From the NCBI GenBank assembly GCA_028687915.1, contig JAQTZF010000001.1, forward strand, positions 216,229 through 280,228: a DNA stretch of 64,000 nt, in the 5' to 3' direction. The DNA comes from Candidatus Daviesbacteria bacterium (lineage in GTDB: Bacteria; Patescibacteriota; Microgenomatia; Daviesbacterales; UBA10151). A program made the position numbers and the translations under genes. Below are positions 38,479-48,814 of the stretch, in pieces; position 1 is the stretch's first letter, and each line of letters starts with the position of its first letter. Under the pieces are notes generated by a model that was given only the letters and a program-made list of their open reading frames with translations, had not been told where the DNA came from and did not search any database.

Positions 38479-40619
38479 TGGCTGTTACCACCAAAACCAA
38501 GAGGGATTTCCCTTTGGATCAAATCCGTAATATTGGAATTATTGCCCACATTGATGCGGGAAAAACCACCACAACTGAAAGAATCCTTTTTTATACTGGT
38601 AAAACTTATAAAATCGGAAATATTGATGAAGGAACCACAGTTACTGACTGGATGGAGCAGGAAAGAGAAAGAGGAATAACTATTGTTTCTGCTGCCATTA
38701 CTACTTTTTGGACTCCTAAGACAGGTCCCTATAAAGATCAGGAGACCAGAATTAACATTATTGATACTCCCGGACACGTTGATTTTACAGCTGAAGTGGA
38801 AAGATCCCTTCGTGTACTTGATGGAGGTGTAATCGTTTTGGATTCAGGTTCAGGTGTGCAATCCCAAACAGAAACAGTCTGGAGACAAGCAAATAAATAT
38901 AAAGTTCCGCTTATTGCTTTTGCAAATAAAATGGATGTAGTGGGAGCAGATTTTTTAGCTACTATTCAATCAGCTAGAGATAGATTGGGAGCTAATGCAA
39001 TTGCTTATAACTTACCAATTGGTAGTGAAAATGATTTTAAAGGAGTAATAGATTTATTAACCCAAAAAGCTTTTGTATGGGAAGGTAATGATACCGGAGC
39101 TAATTTTAATGAAATAGATATTCCTGCAGATATGGCTGACGCAGTAAAAGAGCATCGTGAAAAATTAGTTGAAGAAATCTCTGGTACAGATGATGTGCTG
39201 ATGGAAAAATATCTTGGTGGAGAAGAAATCTCTGTTGAAGAACTTAAAAAAGCTTTGCGAAAAGCAGTAATTAATAATGAAATTGTGCCTGTTTTGGCTG
39301 GATCATCTCTTAGAAATAAAGGTGTGCAGCAAATGCTTGATGGTGTTATTGAATATTTACCTTCACCACAAGATGTTAATGAAATTGTGGGAGAAAATCC
39401 TGCTACAAAAGAACAAGAAGTTAGAAACGCTGATCCTTCTGCACCATTATCTGCTTTAGCTTTTAAAGTTCAGGTTGATCCTCACGTTGGAAAGTTAACT
39501 TTTATTCGAATTTATTCCGGAACCCTAAAATCAGGTTCATATCTTTATAATTCCACCAAAGATATTAAAGAAAGAATTGGCCGTCTTATGTTAATGCATT
39601 CTAATGACAGAGAAGAAATTGAAGAAGCATATGCCGGAGAAATTGTGGCTGCAGTTGGTTTAAAAGACACTATTACCGGTAACTCTATTTGTGATGAAAA
39701 CAAACCTATTATTTTGGAATCAATTAATTTCCCAGAACCTGTTATTTCACTTGCCATTGAACCAAAAACCAAATCAGATCAGGAAAAATTAGGTTTAGCT
39801 TTATCAAGGCTTTCAGAAGAAGATCCTACTTTTAGGGTTAAGTCTGATCATGAAACAGGTCAAACCATTATTTCCGGAATGGGAGAGTTACAACTTGAGA
39901 TTTTAGTGGATAGAATGAAGAGGGAATTTAAAGTGGAAGCTAATGTTGGTCAACCACAGGTAGCATATAAAGAAACTATTCAAAAAACAGCCACAGGAGA
40001 AGGAAAATACATCAGACAAACCGGTGGTCGTGGTCAATACGGACATTGTTGGCTTAGAATTGAACCGCTTCCTCGTGGTTCCGGACGTGAATTCGTTTCA
40101 GAAATTGTGGGAGGAGCAATTCCCCGTGAGTTTATTGGTCCAATTGAAAAAGGTGTAATTGAAAAAGAAGACACAGGTATCCTTGCTGGTTATCCTGTAA
40201 CTGATATTAGGGTAGTTGTTTATGATGGATCTTTCCATGATGTTGATTCATCTGAGGTATCCTTTAAAATTGCAGGTTCTTTAGGTTTGTCTGAAGCAGC
40301 ACATCAAGCAGACATGATTTTACTTGAACCAATCATGAAAGTTGAAGTAACAACACCAGAAGAATTCCTCGGTGATATGATTGCAGATTTATCTTCCAAA
40401 AGAGCTCAAATCTTATCAACTGAGATGAGAGGAAATGCCAGAGTAGTATTAGCACTTGTTCCTTTGGCAGAAATGGGTGGTTATGCTACTTCAATTAGAT
40501 CAATGTCTCAGGGAAGAGCTACTTATTACATGGAAGCTGATCATTATGAACCAGTGCCATCAAATGTTACCCAAAAAATTATTGCAGATTCAGGCTTCAC
40601 AGGCCGTATTGAACACTAA
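38478..40619 (+). CDS. fusA: Elongation factor G
   Basis: [23 protein letters not shown], 713 aa. str-operon position. Confidence 0.96.
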   Translation: MAVTTKTKRDFPLDQIRNIGIIAHIDAGKTTTTERILFYTGKTYKIGNIDEGTTVTDWMEQERERGITIVSAAITTFWTPKTGPYKDQETRINIIDTPGHVDFTAEVERSLRVLDGGVIVLDSGSGVQSQTETVWRQANKYKVPLIAFANKMDVVGADFLATIQSARDRLGANAIAYNLPIGSENDFKGVIDLLTQKAFVWEGNDTGANFNEIDIPADMADAVKEHREKLVEEISGTDDVLMEKYLGGEEISVEELKKALRKAVINNEIVPVLAGSSLRNKGVQQMLDGVIEYLPSPQDVNEIVGENPATKEQEVRNADPSAPLSALAFKVQVDPHVGKLTFIRIYSGTLKSGSYLYNSTKDIKERIGRLMLMHSNDREEIEEAYAGEIVAAVGLKDTITGNSICDENKPIILESINFPEPVISLAIEPKTKSDQEKLGLALSRLSEEDPTFRVKSDHETGQTIISGMGELQLEILVDRMKREFKVEANVGQPQVAYKETIQKTATGEGKYIRQTGGRGQYGHCWLRIEPLPRGSGREFVSEIVGGAIPREFIGPIEKGVIEKEDTGILAGYPVTDIRVVVYDGSFHDVDSSEVSFKIAGSLGLSEAAHQADMILLEPIMKVEVTTPEEFLGDMIADLSSKRAQILSTEMRGNARVVLALVPLAEMGGYATSIRSMSQGRATYYMEADHYEPVPSNVTQKIIADSGFTGRIEH

Positions 40620-40642
40620 TATATTTGGTGTATACTTAATTT

Positions 40643-41407
40643 ATGGAATTTCTTTGGTATATTTTAGGCCCGTTATTTTTATTTTTTCTTCTTACCAGTT
40701 TAAGAGTGGTGCAAGAATATGAACGGGGAGTAATCTTCTTTTTAGGGCGATGTACCGGGGTTCGTGGTCCGGGTTTAATTATTTTAATCCCTATTTTAGA
40801 AAGAATGATGAAGACAACACTTAGAACCATTACCATGGATATTCCTTCCCAAAAGATTATTACTAAAGATAATGTTTCAATTGATATTGCTGCTGTTGCT
40901 TATTATCATATTGTTGACCCACAAAAATCAGTGGTGGCAATTGAAGATGTTTATTCGGCTGTAAATCAAATTTCCCAAACTACAGTCAGAAATGTAGTGG
41001 GACAATTTATGTTGGATCAATTATTGGCAAAGACTAGTGAAATTAACACCCAGATTAAAAACGTAATTGATACTCACACTGAACCTTGGGGAGCAAATGT
41101 TACTGCTGTTGAAATTAAGGATATTATTTTACCTGATAATATGCAAAGGGCTATGGCAAAAGAAGCAGAGGCAGAGAGAGAAAGAAGAGCAAAAATTGTG
41201 GCTGCAGAAGGAGAATTTCAGGCTGCACAAAAGCTAGGGGAAGCAGCAGACCTTATAACCAAGCATCCAGTAGCCTTACAACTTAGAACCTTACAAACCA
41301 TGGCAGAAATTGCAACGGAAAAGAACTCTACTATTATTTTCCCAGCTCAGTTTATGGGTACAGTACAAGAAGCGATCAGAACTCTGGCTAAAGATGCTTC
41401 AAAATAA
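40643..41407 (+). CDS. SPFH/band-7 (stomatin/prohibitin-like) membrane protein
   Basis: N-terminal transmembrane segment, …[15 protein letters not shown]…, …[24 protein letters not shown]… are typical of the SPFH family. Inserted between fusA and tuf. Confidence 0.8.
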   Translation: MEFLWYILGPLFLFFLLTSLRVVQEYERGVIFFLGRCTGVRGPGLIILIPILERMMKTTLRTITMDIPSQKIITKDNVSIDIAAVAYYHIVDPQKSVVAIEDVYSAVNQISQTTVRNVVGQFMLDQLLAKTSEINTQIKNVIDTHTEPWGANVTAVEIKDIILPDNMQRAMAKEAEAERERRAKIVAAEGEFQAAQKLGEAADLITKHPVALQLRTLQTMAEIATEKNSTIIFPAQFMGTVQEAIRTLAKDASK

Positions 41408-41422
41408 GGTTTAAATAACCTC

Positions 41423-41451
41423 TTGCATTTTTATTATAGCTTTGGTAAACT
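41423..41451 (+). promoter_or_regulatory. Candidate promoter for tuf (TTGCAT-N17-TAAACT)
   Basis: TTGCAT at 41423-41428, TAAACT at 41446-41451. Confidence 0.3.
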
Positions 41452-41502
41452 AATCTCTACCAGCTGGAAAAAGGCTGGATTTTTAAAGGATAAAACAAAA
41501 AA

Positions 41503-42687
41503 ATGGCAGACGCAAAAAAATTTGATAGATCTAAACCACACGTTAACATTGGTACAATGGGCCACGTTGACCATGGAAAAACAACCTTAACTGCAGCTAT
41601 TACTGCTGTCTTAGCTTCTAAAGGTTTAGCACAAGCACGATCAATTGATCAAATTGACGCAGCCCCAGAAGAAAAAGCCCGCGGAATTACAATTAATATT
41701 TCCCATCAGGAATACGAAACAGAAAAAAGACATTACGCCCACATCGACATGCCAGGACACGCTGATTATATTAAAAACATGATCACTGGTGCTGCACAAA
41801 CTGATGGTGCAATCTTAGTAGTTTCTGCTCCAGATGGTCCAATGCCACAAACCAGAGAACATATCTTACTCGCAAGACAAGTTGGAGTTCCAGCAATTGT
41901 TGTTTACATGAACAAAACTGATCAAGTTTCTGATCCAGAATTATTAGACTTAGTTGAAGAAGAAATCAGAGATCTTCTTAAGAAATATGAATATGATGCA
42001 CAATCTCCAATCGTTCGTGGTTCTGCTAAAAAAGCATTAGAAGGCGATGCAACAGCTATTAAATCAATCGAAGACTTAATGGATGCAGTAGATAGCTGGA
42101 TTCCAACCCCAACCAGAGACACAGACAAACCATTCTTAATGGCTGTTGAAGATGTTTTCTCTATTAAAGGAAGAGGAACAGTTGTAACCGGAAGAATTGA
42201 AAGAGGCAGAATTAAAGTTAATGAAGAAATCGAAATCGTTGGAATCAGACCAACCAAGAAAAGTGTTGTAACAGGTATTGAAATGTTCCATAAATTACTT
42301 GATGAAGGTCAAGCAGGTGATAATGCTGGTATTTTACTCCGAGGAATTGAAAAAGATGATGTTGAACGTGGTCAGGTTTTAGCTAAACCAGGTTCAATTA
42401 CACCTCATTCTGAATTTGAAGCAGAAATTTATGTTCTTTCCAAAGAAGAAGGTGGAAGACACACACCATTCTTTAAAGGTTACAGACCACAATTTTATGT
42501 TAGAACCACAGATGTTACTGGTGAAGTTATCTTACCAGAGGGTGTAGAAATGGTTATGCCAGGAGACACCACTAAAATTAATGCAAAACTTATTACACCA
42601 GTTGCAATGGAAGAAGGACTTCGATTTGCTATCCGAGAAGGTGGTAAGACTGTCGGAGCTGGAGTTATTACTAAAATAAATAAATAA
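41503..42687 (+). CDS. tuf: Elongation factor Tu
   Basis: [27 protein letters not shown]. 394 aa. Confidence 0.97.
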   Translation: MADAKKFDRSKPHVNIGTMGHVDHGKTTLTAAITAVLASKGLAQARSIDQIDAAPEEKARGITINISHQEYETEKRHYAHIDMPGHADYIKNMITGAAQTDGAILVVSAPDGPMPQTREHILLARQVGVPAIVVYMNKTDQVSDPELLDLVEEEIRDLLKKYEYDAQSPIVRGSAKKALEGDATAIKSIEDLMDAVDSWIPTPTRDTDKPFLMAVEDVFSIKGRGTVVTGRIERGRIKVNEEIEIVGIRPTKKSVVTGIEMFHKLLDEGQAGDNAGILLRGIEKDDVERGQVLAKPGSITPHSEFEAEIYVLSKEEGGRHTPFFKGYRPQFYVRTTDVTGEVILPEGVEMVMPGDTTKINAKLITPVAMEEGLRFAIREGGKTVGAGVITKINK

Positions 42688-42716
42688 AAATAAGTAATAA
42701 CTTATAAGCAATAAAG

Positions 42717-42737
42717 AGGGCGAAAAGCCCTTTTTTG
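42717..42737 (+). terminator. Rho-independent terminator after tuf
   Basis: AGGGC-GAAAA-GCCCT hairpin (42717-42731) followed by TTTTTTG. Confidence 0.55.
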
Positions 42738-42792
42738 TTTCTTATAGAAGTTTTGTGTTAAAATAATTGCACTTTGATAGGAAAATTAATTT

Positions 42793-43101
42793 ATGGCTAA
42801 AGGACGTATAAGAGTCAAACTAAAAAGTTATGATCACAGAGTACTCGATTCAACAGTCGAGCAGCTTTTGGATACTGCTTTACGTACTGGTGCTAAAATT
42901 GTTGGTCCTATCCCACTTCCTACTAAAACTTCCAGATTTACAATGCCAAGGTCTCCTTTTACAGATAAGGATTCTCAGGAAGCATTTGAAATCAAAATTC
43001 ACAAAAGATTAATTGAAATTGTTGAACCAACAGATAAAACTATTGATTCACTAATGCATTTAGAACTCCCTGCAGGTGTAGATATCGAAGTAAAAATGTA
43101 A
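42793..43101 (+). CDS. rpsJ: 30S ribosomal protein S10
   Basis: MAKGRIRVKLKSYDHRVLD…VGPIPLPTK…FTMPRSPF…. Confidence 0.95.
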   Translation: MAKGRIRVKLKSYDHRVLDSTVEQLLDTALRTGAKIVGPIPLPTKTSRFTMPRSPFTDKDSQEAFEIKIHKRLIEIVEPTDKTIDSLMHLELPAGVDIEVKM

Positions 43102-43145
43102 CCTTCTTTTGCACTTTGGTGTAAATAGGTTATAAAAGACGTGTT

Positions 43146-43354
43146 ATGAGTAATACTGAACAAGAAATCCTTTAGTAGAAGTTCAAACAATATTACGTGA
43201 TGATTCTGAACATACAGAAGCAAAATATGATAGATTTGATGTTTTTGCTCCTTTTAGAGCCAAGAATCCATTAGAAAGATTAAACGAGTTACAAAAAAAG
43301 CTAGAGAATCAAATAGTTGAAGATGTTTATCCTGATAAAGTAGAAAATTTATAA
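43146..43354 (+). pseudogene. Candidate gene remnant: a 9-codon ATG ORF (MSNTEQEIL*) followed in the -1 frame by a 64-codon open frame lacking a start (…VEVQTILRDDSEHTEAKYDRFDVFAPFRAKNPLERLNELQKKLENQIVEDVYPDKVENL*)
   Basis: The two frames abut at 43173-43177. Combined they would encode ~70 aa. No canonical start in the longer frame. Confidence 0.25.
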
Positions 43355-43383
43355 GTTCTTTTTCTCCATTGTTTTTTAAGGCT
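43347..43383. repeat. Imperfect 37-bp direct repeat, copy A (32/37 identical to copy B at 43847-43883)
   Basis: ATTTATAAGTTCTTTTTCTCCATTGTTTTTTAAGGCT versus ATTTATAGGATCTTTTTCTCCCTTGCTTTTTGAGGCT. Exactly 500 bp apart, same orientation, bracketing the minus-strand ORF 43407-43757. Confidence 0.5.
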
Positions 43384-43406
43384 AATTCGCAATGTTTAAA
43401 CAAACC

Positions 43407-43757
43407 TTAGTGGATGCTTAAGGCAACCATTACTAACAGAAAAAAAGATCCGGAAATTAAAGCCAAAGTTGAAACGACAATAAGTGTTACTCCTAAACCA
43501 TAAGCGTCGTCCATTACTGATAAATCCAAATTATTTGATGTTAATTTAAAAGCAGATTTTAAATTATAAATTCCTATAATAGTAAAAAGTATAAACGGAA
43601 TAATATAACGCAGATCGAAAGAGGGGATTTGATGAGGTGGATTCAGAAAAGAAAACAAAAGAGAAATAATGACGATGAAGGTAATTATTAAGGGAATTAT
43701 TCCTTCAATTATTCCAAAAAGAAAATTTATTATACCGACTGCTTTATACTTATCCAT
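43407..43757 (-). CDS. Hypothetical polytopic membrane protein (116 aa, 3-4 transmembrane segments)
   Basis: Strongly hydrophobic ORF on the opposite strand inside the rpsJ-rplC gap, flanked by the direct repeats. Confidence 0.5.
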   Translation of the reverse strand: MDKYKAVGIINFLFGIIEGIIPLIITFIVIISLLFSFLNPPHQIPSFDLRYIIPFILFTIIGIYNLKSAFKLTSNNLDLSVMDDAYGLGVTLIVVSTLALISGSFFLLVMVALSIH

Positions 43758-43846
43758 AATTTTATTAAAACACTTTCAAAATTACTTTTCTAGACATGAT
43801 AAAGTTTACGCAATATGGTAACTTTTACTAGATGACGCACACTGAG

Positions 43847-43883
43847 ATTTATAGGATCTTTTTCTCCCTTGCTTTTTGAGGCT
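43847..43883. repeat. Imperfect 37-bp direct repeat, copy B
   Basis: See copy A. Confidence 0.5.
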
Positions 43884-43920
43884 GTTTTGTGCTAAAATTA
43901 TTAAGCAAGAAAAATATTTT

Positions 43921-44014
43921 CAGTAGATCGCACGTCGTACTTCATTAAAAGCTACGCCCGATAAATCGGATGTAGAGAAGATAGATACGGTGATTCAATA
44001 TAAGCGATGTACTG
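43921..44014 (+). ncRNA. Candidate structured cis-regulatory leader RNA upstream of rplC
   Basis: Closing helix CAGTAGATCGC (43921-43931) / GCGATGTACTG (44004-44014), 10 of 11 bp. Nested helices CTTC/GAAG (43940-43 / 43977-80), CTAC/GTAG (43952-55 / 43972-75) and hairpin CCGA-TAAA-TCGG (43958-43969). Immediately followed by an intrinsic terminator. Confidence 0.3.
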
Positions 44015-44037
44015 GGTCGGGTTTCGACCCTTTTTTG
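44014..44037 (+). terminator. Intrinsic terminator / attenuator hairpin 14 nt upstream of the rplC start
   Basis: GGGTCG-GGTTT-CGACCC then TTTTTTG. Confidence 0.5.
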
Positions 44038-44050
44038 TGTTTAAAACTAT

Positions 44051-44833
44051 ATGATAGATACATTATTTGGTATAAAAAAGAATATGACAAGTGCATACGA
44101 TGCTCGTGGTAGACGAACAGGTGTTACTGTGCTTCAAATTCAACCAAACGTTGTTACGCAGGTAAAATCGTCTGATGGAAAAGATGGTTATGATGCTGTG
44201 CAACTCGGAACTGGTATAAAGAAATCAATTAAAAAACCTCAAATTGGTCATGCTAAAAAGGCTGGAGTTGACGCTAAAATTCGTTGGTTTAGAGAAGTAA
44301 GAACAACAGCAAATGTTCAGGCAGGAGAAATTATTGAAGTAGGAAAAGTTTTTGCTAAAGGAGATTCAGTTAAAATAACAGGAACTTCTAAGGGAAAAGG
44401 TTTTCAGGGTGGTGTCAGACGTCATGGCTTCCATGGAGGACCAAAAACTCATGGTCAATCAGATAGACACCGCGCTCCTGGTTCTATTGGTTCTGGTACA
44501 ACTCCTGGAAGAGTCTTAAAGGGTAAAAAGATGGCTGGTCACATGGGTAATGACACTGCAACTGCTAAAAATTTAGAAGTAATTGCTGTAGATAAAAAAG
44601 AAAATTTGTTGATTGTTAAAGGTGCTGTTCCAGGATATGTTGGAGCCTTAGTGCAGATTACAAAAACAGGACGAATTAAGGGTTACACTCCACCTCCAGA
44701 AGAGAAACCAGAAGAAGAGGAAGAAGGATCAGAAGACCAGACAGTCACAGAACCAGTAGAGTCAGCAACAGAAAATACAGAAACACCTGCAGAAAATACT
44801 ACTGAAGTTATGGAGGACAAGGAAAATGCCTAA
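44051..44833 (+). CDS. rplC: 50S ribosomal protein L3 (with acidic C-terminal extension)
   Basis: …GIKKNMTSAYDARGRRTGVTVLQ…GKGFQGGVRRHGF…. Confidence 0.93.
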   Translation: MIDTLFGIKKNMTSAYDARGRRTGVTVLQIQPNVVTQVKSSDGKDGYDAVQLGTGIKKSIKKPQIGHAKKAGVDAKIRWFREVRTTANVQAGEIIEVGKVFAKGDSVKITGTSKGKGFQGGVRRHGFHGGPKTHGQSDRHRAPGSIGSGTTPGRVLKGKKMAGHMGNDTATAKNLEVIAVDKKENLLIVKGAVPGYVGALVQITKTGRIKGYTPPPEEKPEEEEEGSEDQTVTEPVESATENTETPAENTTEVMEDKENA

Positions 44834-45584
44834 AGTTGTTAAAGAAAAAAAAGTTACAAAATCAGAAAAAGTTGAAATTGAAAAAGAAGCAACTAAAAAA
44901 GTAGTTGTCAAAAAAGATGATGTAAAATCAGAAGCAGTTAATTTATCTGTTCCGATGTTTGGACTTGATGGTGGTAAAGATGGTACTTTATCATTACCAG
45001 AAGAAATCTTTGGGGTAGAGGTAAATAAAAAATTATTATCACAAGCACTTCGTGTTTATATAAATAATAATACTGGTCATTTTTCAAACACTAAAACTCG
45101 TGGTGAAGTTAAAGGTTCTACCAGAAAAGTAAGAGCACAAAAAGGTACAGGAGGAGCAAGACATGGATCAGTCAGAGCTCCTATTTTTATTGGTGGAGGA
45201 ATTGCACTTGGACCAAAATTCAGAAAAATAGAATTGGAATTGCCTAAAAAGATGAAAAGAGCTGCTTTAATTAGTGCTTTAGCTGCTAAAAACTTAGACC
45301 AGGAAGTTATGGGAATTTCCGGGCTTGATAAAGTAACTGGAAAAACCAAAGAAATGAAAGCATTTTTTGATAAAGTTGCTTTAAAAAATGTTTTGATTGT
45401 AATTTCTGAGAAAAATGAAAAGCTACAAAGAGCTGTTAAAAATTTAGAAAAAGTAAGTTCAACTTTAGCTGATCAGGTAGATATTTTAGAATTAACTAAA
45501 TTTAAAAATATTATGTTTACTAAAACTGCTATAGAAAAATTACAACTTCGAATTAACAAAAAAGAAGTGGAGAGTGCAAAATAA
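44826..45584 (+). CDS. rplD: 50S ribosomal protein L4 (with Lys/Glu-rich N-terminal extension)
   Basis: …NTKTRGEVKGSTRKVRAQKGTGGARHGS…. Confidence 0.9.
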   Translation: MPKVVKEKKVTKSEKVEIEKEATKKVVVKKDDVKSEAVNLSVPMFGLDGGKDGTLSLPEEIFGVEVNKKLLSQALRVYINNNTGHFSNTKTRGEVKGSTRKVRAQKGTGGARHGSVRAPIFIGGGIALGPKFRKIELELPKKMKRAALISALAAKNLDQEVMGISGLDKVTGKTKEMKAFFDKVALKNVLIVISEKNEKLQRAVKNLEKVSSTLADQVDILELTKFKNIMFTKTAIEKLQLRINKKEVESAK

Positions 45585-45982
45585 TGAATATTATCAAAAA
45601 CCCGGTTATTTCTGAAAAGTCATTAGGAGACGCTAAAGATGGTTATTATACATTTGTAGTTGATCGCGCAGCTCGTAAGCAGGAAATTGCCAAGGCAATT
45701 GAACAGAAATTTGATGTGAATGTAATTGATATTAATACTTCAAATTTTAAGGATGAAAAAAAACAACAAAGAAGAGTTAGATCAACTTATACAATTGCAG
45801 GTTATAAAAAAGCTGTAGTGAAACTAAAAACAGGTCAAAAGATTGCTCTTTTTGAAGCAGAAACAGCAGAAGTTGAAACTGCTGAAGAGCCAACAGAAGT
45901 AAAAGAAAAGAAAAGTATACTTAAAGGAACAAAAGTAAAAATCGAAAAAATGGAAGATAAGAAAAAGAAAGAGGATAAATAA
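45584..45982 (+). CDS. rplW: 50S ribosomal protein L23 (with C-terminal charged extension)
   Basis: MNIIKNPVISEKS…YTFVVDRAARKQEIAKAIEQKFDVNV…. Confidence 0.88.
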   Translation: MNIIKNPVISEKSLGDAKDGYYTFVVDRAARKQEIAKAIEQKFDVNVIDINTSNFKDEKKQQRRVRSTYTIAGYKKAVVKLKTGQKIALFEAETAEVETAEEPTEVKEKKSILKGTKVKIEKMEDKKKKEDK

Positions 45983-46017
45983 GCAAAGCTTGAATTTTGC
46001 TTAACAAAATATAACAT

Positions 46018-46839
46018 ATGGCACTAATTAAATATAAAGAAACAACAAAAACAAGAAGGTTTGCTTCCAAAATGGAAAAACCTAAAAATAATAAGAACGT
46101 TATAAAGAAACTAAGATCTATTTTGCAAAAACATAGTGGAAGATCCAATGGTACAGTAACAGTTCGTCATCAAGGTGGAAGACATAAAAGGTATTATCGA
46201 GAGATTGATTTTAAAAGAAATAAATTTGGTATAGAAGGTGTAGTTTCAGCTTTGGAATATGATCCAAACAGAAATGTTGAGATTGCATTAATAAAATATT
46301 CTGATGGTGAATATCGTTATATTTTAGGATTAAAAGGATTAAAAGTAGGTGATAAAGTTCAAGCTGATGAAAAAGTAGAAGTAAAAATTGGTAATGCAAT
46401 GAAATTAAAAAATATTCCAGTTGGAACAGCTATTCACAATGTAGAGCTTACTCCTGGAAAAGGTGGACAAATTGGACGCTCTGCTGGAACATCTTTAACC
46501 TTGCAAGCAAAGCAAGCTCCTTTCGCTCACTTGAAACTTCCTTCAGGAGAGATTAGAATGGTTCCCTTGGAATGTTTGGCAACAATTGGTGTTTTAGGTA
46601 ACGAGGAATATAAAAACATGGAACTTGGTAAGGCAGGCCGAAAAAGACACATGGGTATCAGACCAACTGTTCGTGGTACAGCACAAGATCCAGGATCCCA
46701 TCCACACGGTGGAGGAGAAGGCAGATCAGGTATAGGAAGAAAGAAGCCTATGACTGCTTATGGCAGACCTGCTGTTGGTAAAACAAGGAATAAAAAGAAA
46801 CTTTCAGGTAAAATGATAATTAAAAGGAGAAATAAATAA
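46018..46839 (+). CDS. rplB: 50S ribosomal protein L2
   Basis: …[21 protein letters not shown]…[10 protein letters not shown]…. Confidence 0.95.
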   Translation: MALIKYKETTKTRRFASKMEKPKNNKNVIKKLRSILQKHSGRSNGTVTVRHQGGRHKRYYREIDFKRNKFGIEGVVSALEYDPNRNVEIALIKYSDGEYRYILGLKGLKVGDKVQADEKVEVKIGNAMKLKNIPVGTAIHNVELTPGKGGQIGRSAGTSLTLQAKQAPFAHLKLPSGEIRMVPLECLATIGVLGNEEYKNMELGKAGRKRHMGIRPTVRGTAQDPGSHPHGGGEGRSGIGRKKPMTAYGRPAVGKTRNKKKLSGKMIIKRRNK

Positions 46840-47123
46840 TGGGAAGATCACTTAAAAAAGGACCATATATTGATGCAAAATTATTAAAAAAGATTTTGGC
46901 TCAAAAAGAATCTAGCGATAAAACTGGAATTAAAACATGGGCAAGAGCATCACAAATTTCACCTGATTTTGTGGGGCACACATTACTAGTTCATAATGGT
47001 CGAAACTTTATATCAGTTTTCATCTCTGAATCTATGGTGGGACATCGGGTGGGAGAATTTTCTCCAACCAGAACTTTTAGATCACATGGTAAAAAGACAG
47101 AAAAGTCAGCAGCAAAAACTTAA
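46839..47123 (+). CDS. rpsS: 30S ribosomal protein S19
   Basis: [12 protein letters not shown]…[29 protein letters not shown]…. Confidence 0.95.
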   Translation: MGRSLKKGPYIDAKLLKKILAQKESSDKTGIKTWARASQISPDFVGHTLLVHNGRNFISVFISESMVGHRVGEFSPTRTFRSHGKKTEKSAAKT

Positions 47124-47126
47124 TAT

Positions 47127-47507
47127 ATGGAAATAACATCAATACAAAAAAATATACATAATTCACCTCGTAAAATAAGGTTAGTGGTAGATATGGTAAG
47201 ACATATGAAGCCTTCTGTAGCTATTTCTCAGCTACAATTTACCAATAAGGCTGCTGCACTTCCTATATCAAAAGCAATAAAAACAGTTTTAGGAAATGCT
47301 AAGGCACAAAACTTAGATATCAACGAAATGATTTTTAAAAGTATTGAAGTAAATGAAGGTGGAAGAATGAAAAGATTTCGCCCAGGTACAAAAGGGAGAG
47401 CAAAACCTTATGTAAAAAGGATGAGTCATTTAAAAATTATTTTAACAAATGAAATTAAACAAGAAAAAATAGTTACAAAAGGAGATAAGTCTAAAGAGAC
47501 TAAATAA
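47127..47507 (+). CDS. rplV: 50S ribosomal protein L22
   Basis: …NSPRKIRLVVDMVR…, position between rpsS and rpsC. Confidence 0.9.
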   Translation: MEITSIQKNIHNSPRKIRLVVDMVRHMKPSVAISQLQFTNKAAALPISKAIKTVLGNAKAQNLDINEMIFKSIEVNEGGRMKRFRPGTKGRAKPYVKRMSHLKIILTNEIKQEKIVTKGDKSKETK

Positions 47508-47510
47508 AAA

Positions 47511-48155
47511 ATGGGAAGAAAAATAAATCCAATTAGCTTTAGAATGGGTAATGTTTGTACTTGGCAATCAAGGTGGTTTGCTGATGACAAAAAGTATAGA
47601 CAATATGTTTTAACAGACATAAAAGTCAGAGATATTTTAATGAAAAAACTTAGACCAGCAGGAATTGTTAAAGTAGAAATAGAAAGAGCCAGCAATAAAC
47701 TTAAAGTAATTATTTTTGTGGCCCGTCCGGGTATATTAATTGGCCGTGGTGGTCAAGGTTTAACAGATCTTAAAAAGTTTTTAATGACTGAACTTTCAAT
47801 TAAAGATGAAAATGCACTTGAGATTACTCCTATGGATGTTCGTTCGCCGGATTTAGCAGCTTATTTAGTTGCTCTAAATGCTTCTGAACAATTAGCTAAA
47901 AGACTACCTGCACAAAGAGTTATGAACCAAACTGTTGATAGAGTGATGCGAGCTGGTGCTAAAGGTGTCAGGATCGTATTAGCAGGAAGAATTGGTGGAG
48001 CAGAGATTGCCCGCCGTGAATGGAAAGCACTTGGTACAATGCCTCTTCATACACTTAGACAAGATATAGATTATGCATCTGTCCCTGCTTTAACTAAGTC
48101 AGGTTATGTTGGAGTAAAAGTTTGGATTAATCGTGGAGAGGCGGTAGAAAATTAA
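47511..48155 (+). CDS. rpsC: 30S ribosomal protein S3
   Basis: MGRKINPISFRMG…KH domain…RIGGAEIARREW…. Confidence 0.95.
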   Translation: MGRKINPISFRMGNVCTWQSRWFADDKKYRQYVLTDIKVRDILMKKLRPAGIVKVEIERASNKLKVIIFVARPGILIGRGGQGLTDLKKFLMTELSIKDENALEITPMDVRSPDLAAYLVALNASEQLAKRLPAQRVMNQTVDRVMRAGAKGVRIVLAGRIGGAEIARREWKALGTMPLHTLRQDIDYASVPALTKSGYVGVKVWINRGEAVEN

Positions 48156-48568
48156 TGGCACTATTAGTTCCTAAAAGAGTAAAGCATCGTAAAACATTCC
48201 GCGGTAAAAGAGGGGGAGTTGCATTGCGAGGAAATGAATTAAATTTTGGAACATACGGCTTAAAAGTTGTTGACCGTGGTTGGATTACTTCGAGACAAAT
48301 CGAAGCAGCCAGACGAGCTGTAACTCATTTTACTTCTCGTGGTGGAAGATTGTGGATTAGAATCTTTCCTGATAAGCCAGTAACTAAACATCCAGCTGAG
48401 GCTAGAATGGGATCTGGTAAAGGAGATGTTATTGGTTATGTAGCAGTTGTTCGACCAGGTAATATCATTTTTGAGATAGGTGCGGTATCATTTGCTACTG
48501 CGCAAGAAGCTTTAAGATTAGCTTCACATAAATTGCCATTAAAAACTAAATTTATTATTAAACAATAA
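48155..48568 (+). CDS. rplP: 50S ribosomal protein L16
   Basis: …[12 protein letters not shown]…RMGSGKGDV…. Confidence 0.95.
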   Translation: MALLVPKRVKHRKTFRGKRGGVALRGNELNFGTYGLKVVDRGWITSRQIEAARRAVTHFTSRGGRLWIRIFPDKPVTKHPAEARMGSGKGDVIGYVAVVRPGNIIFEIGAVSFATAQEALRLASHKLPLKTKFIIKQ

Positions 48569-48570
48569 AA

Positions 48571-48813
48571 ATGAAAAAAAACGATTTTGCAGAAATTAAA
48601 AAAATGGAAGTTAAGGTTTTATCTAGTAAAGCTTTAAAGATAAAAGAAGAAATTGCTAATTTAGTAATTGATAAGAACATGAATAAAATGCCAAATCTTA
48701 AATCAATAAAGTTTAAGAGAAATGAGTTAGCAAAAATTTTAACAGTTTTGCAACAAAAACAATTAATGGAAAGTTTAGAAAAACAAACAGTAAAAGTATC
48801 GGAGGAAAAATAA
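48571..48813 (+). CDS. rpmC: 50S ribosomal protein L29
   Basis: 80 aa, …LKIKEEIANL…, position between rplP and rpsQ. Confidence 0.8.
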   Translation: MKKNDFAEIKKMEVKVLSSKALKIKEEIANLVIDKNMNKMPNLKSIKFKRNELAKILTVLQQKQLMESLEKQTVKVSEEK

Positions 48814-48814
48814 A

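Noticed and set aside
38133-38777. 214-aa minus-strand ORF overlapping the mini-GreA gene and the fusA start
   Set aside because: Ser-rich low-complexity translation, antisense to two well-supported genes (GreA-like motif and the EF-G N-terminus). Shadow ORF.
44010-44037. Possible tRNA T-arm (GGGTCGGGTTTCGACCC) upstream of rplC
   Set aside because: The loop does not match TΨC consensus, no acceptor/D/anticodon arms can be built, and a U6 tract follows. Interpreted as an intrinsic terminator.
45835-46399. Minus-strand ORFs of 60-75 aa in the rplW-rplB region, and similar ones at 48558-48934 and 48997-49845
   Set aside because: Antisense to ribosomal-protein genes; poly-F/L/S translations typical of AT-rich antisense frames.
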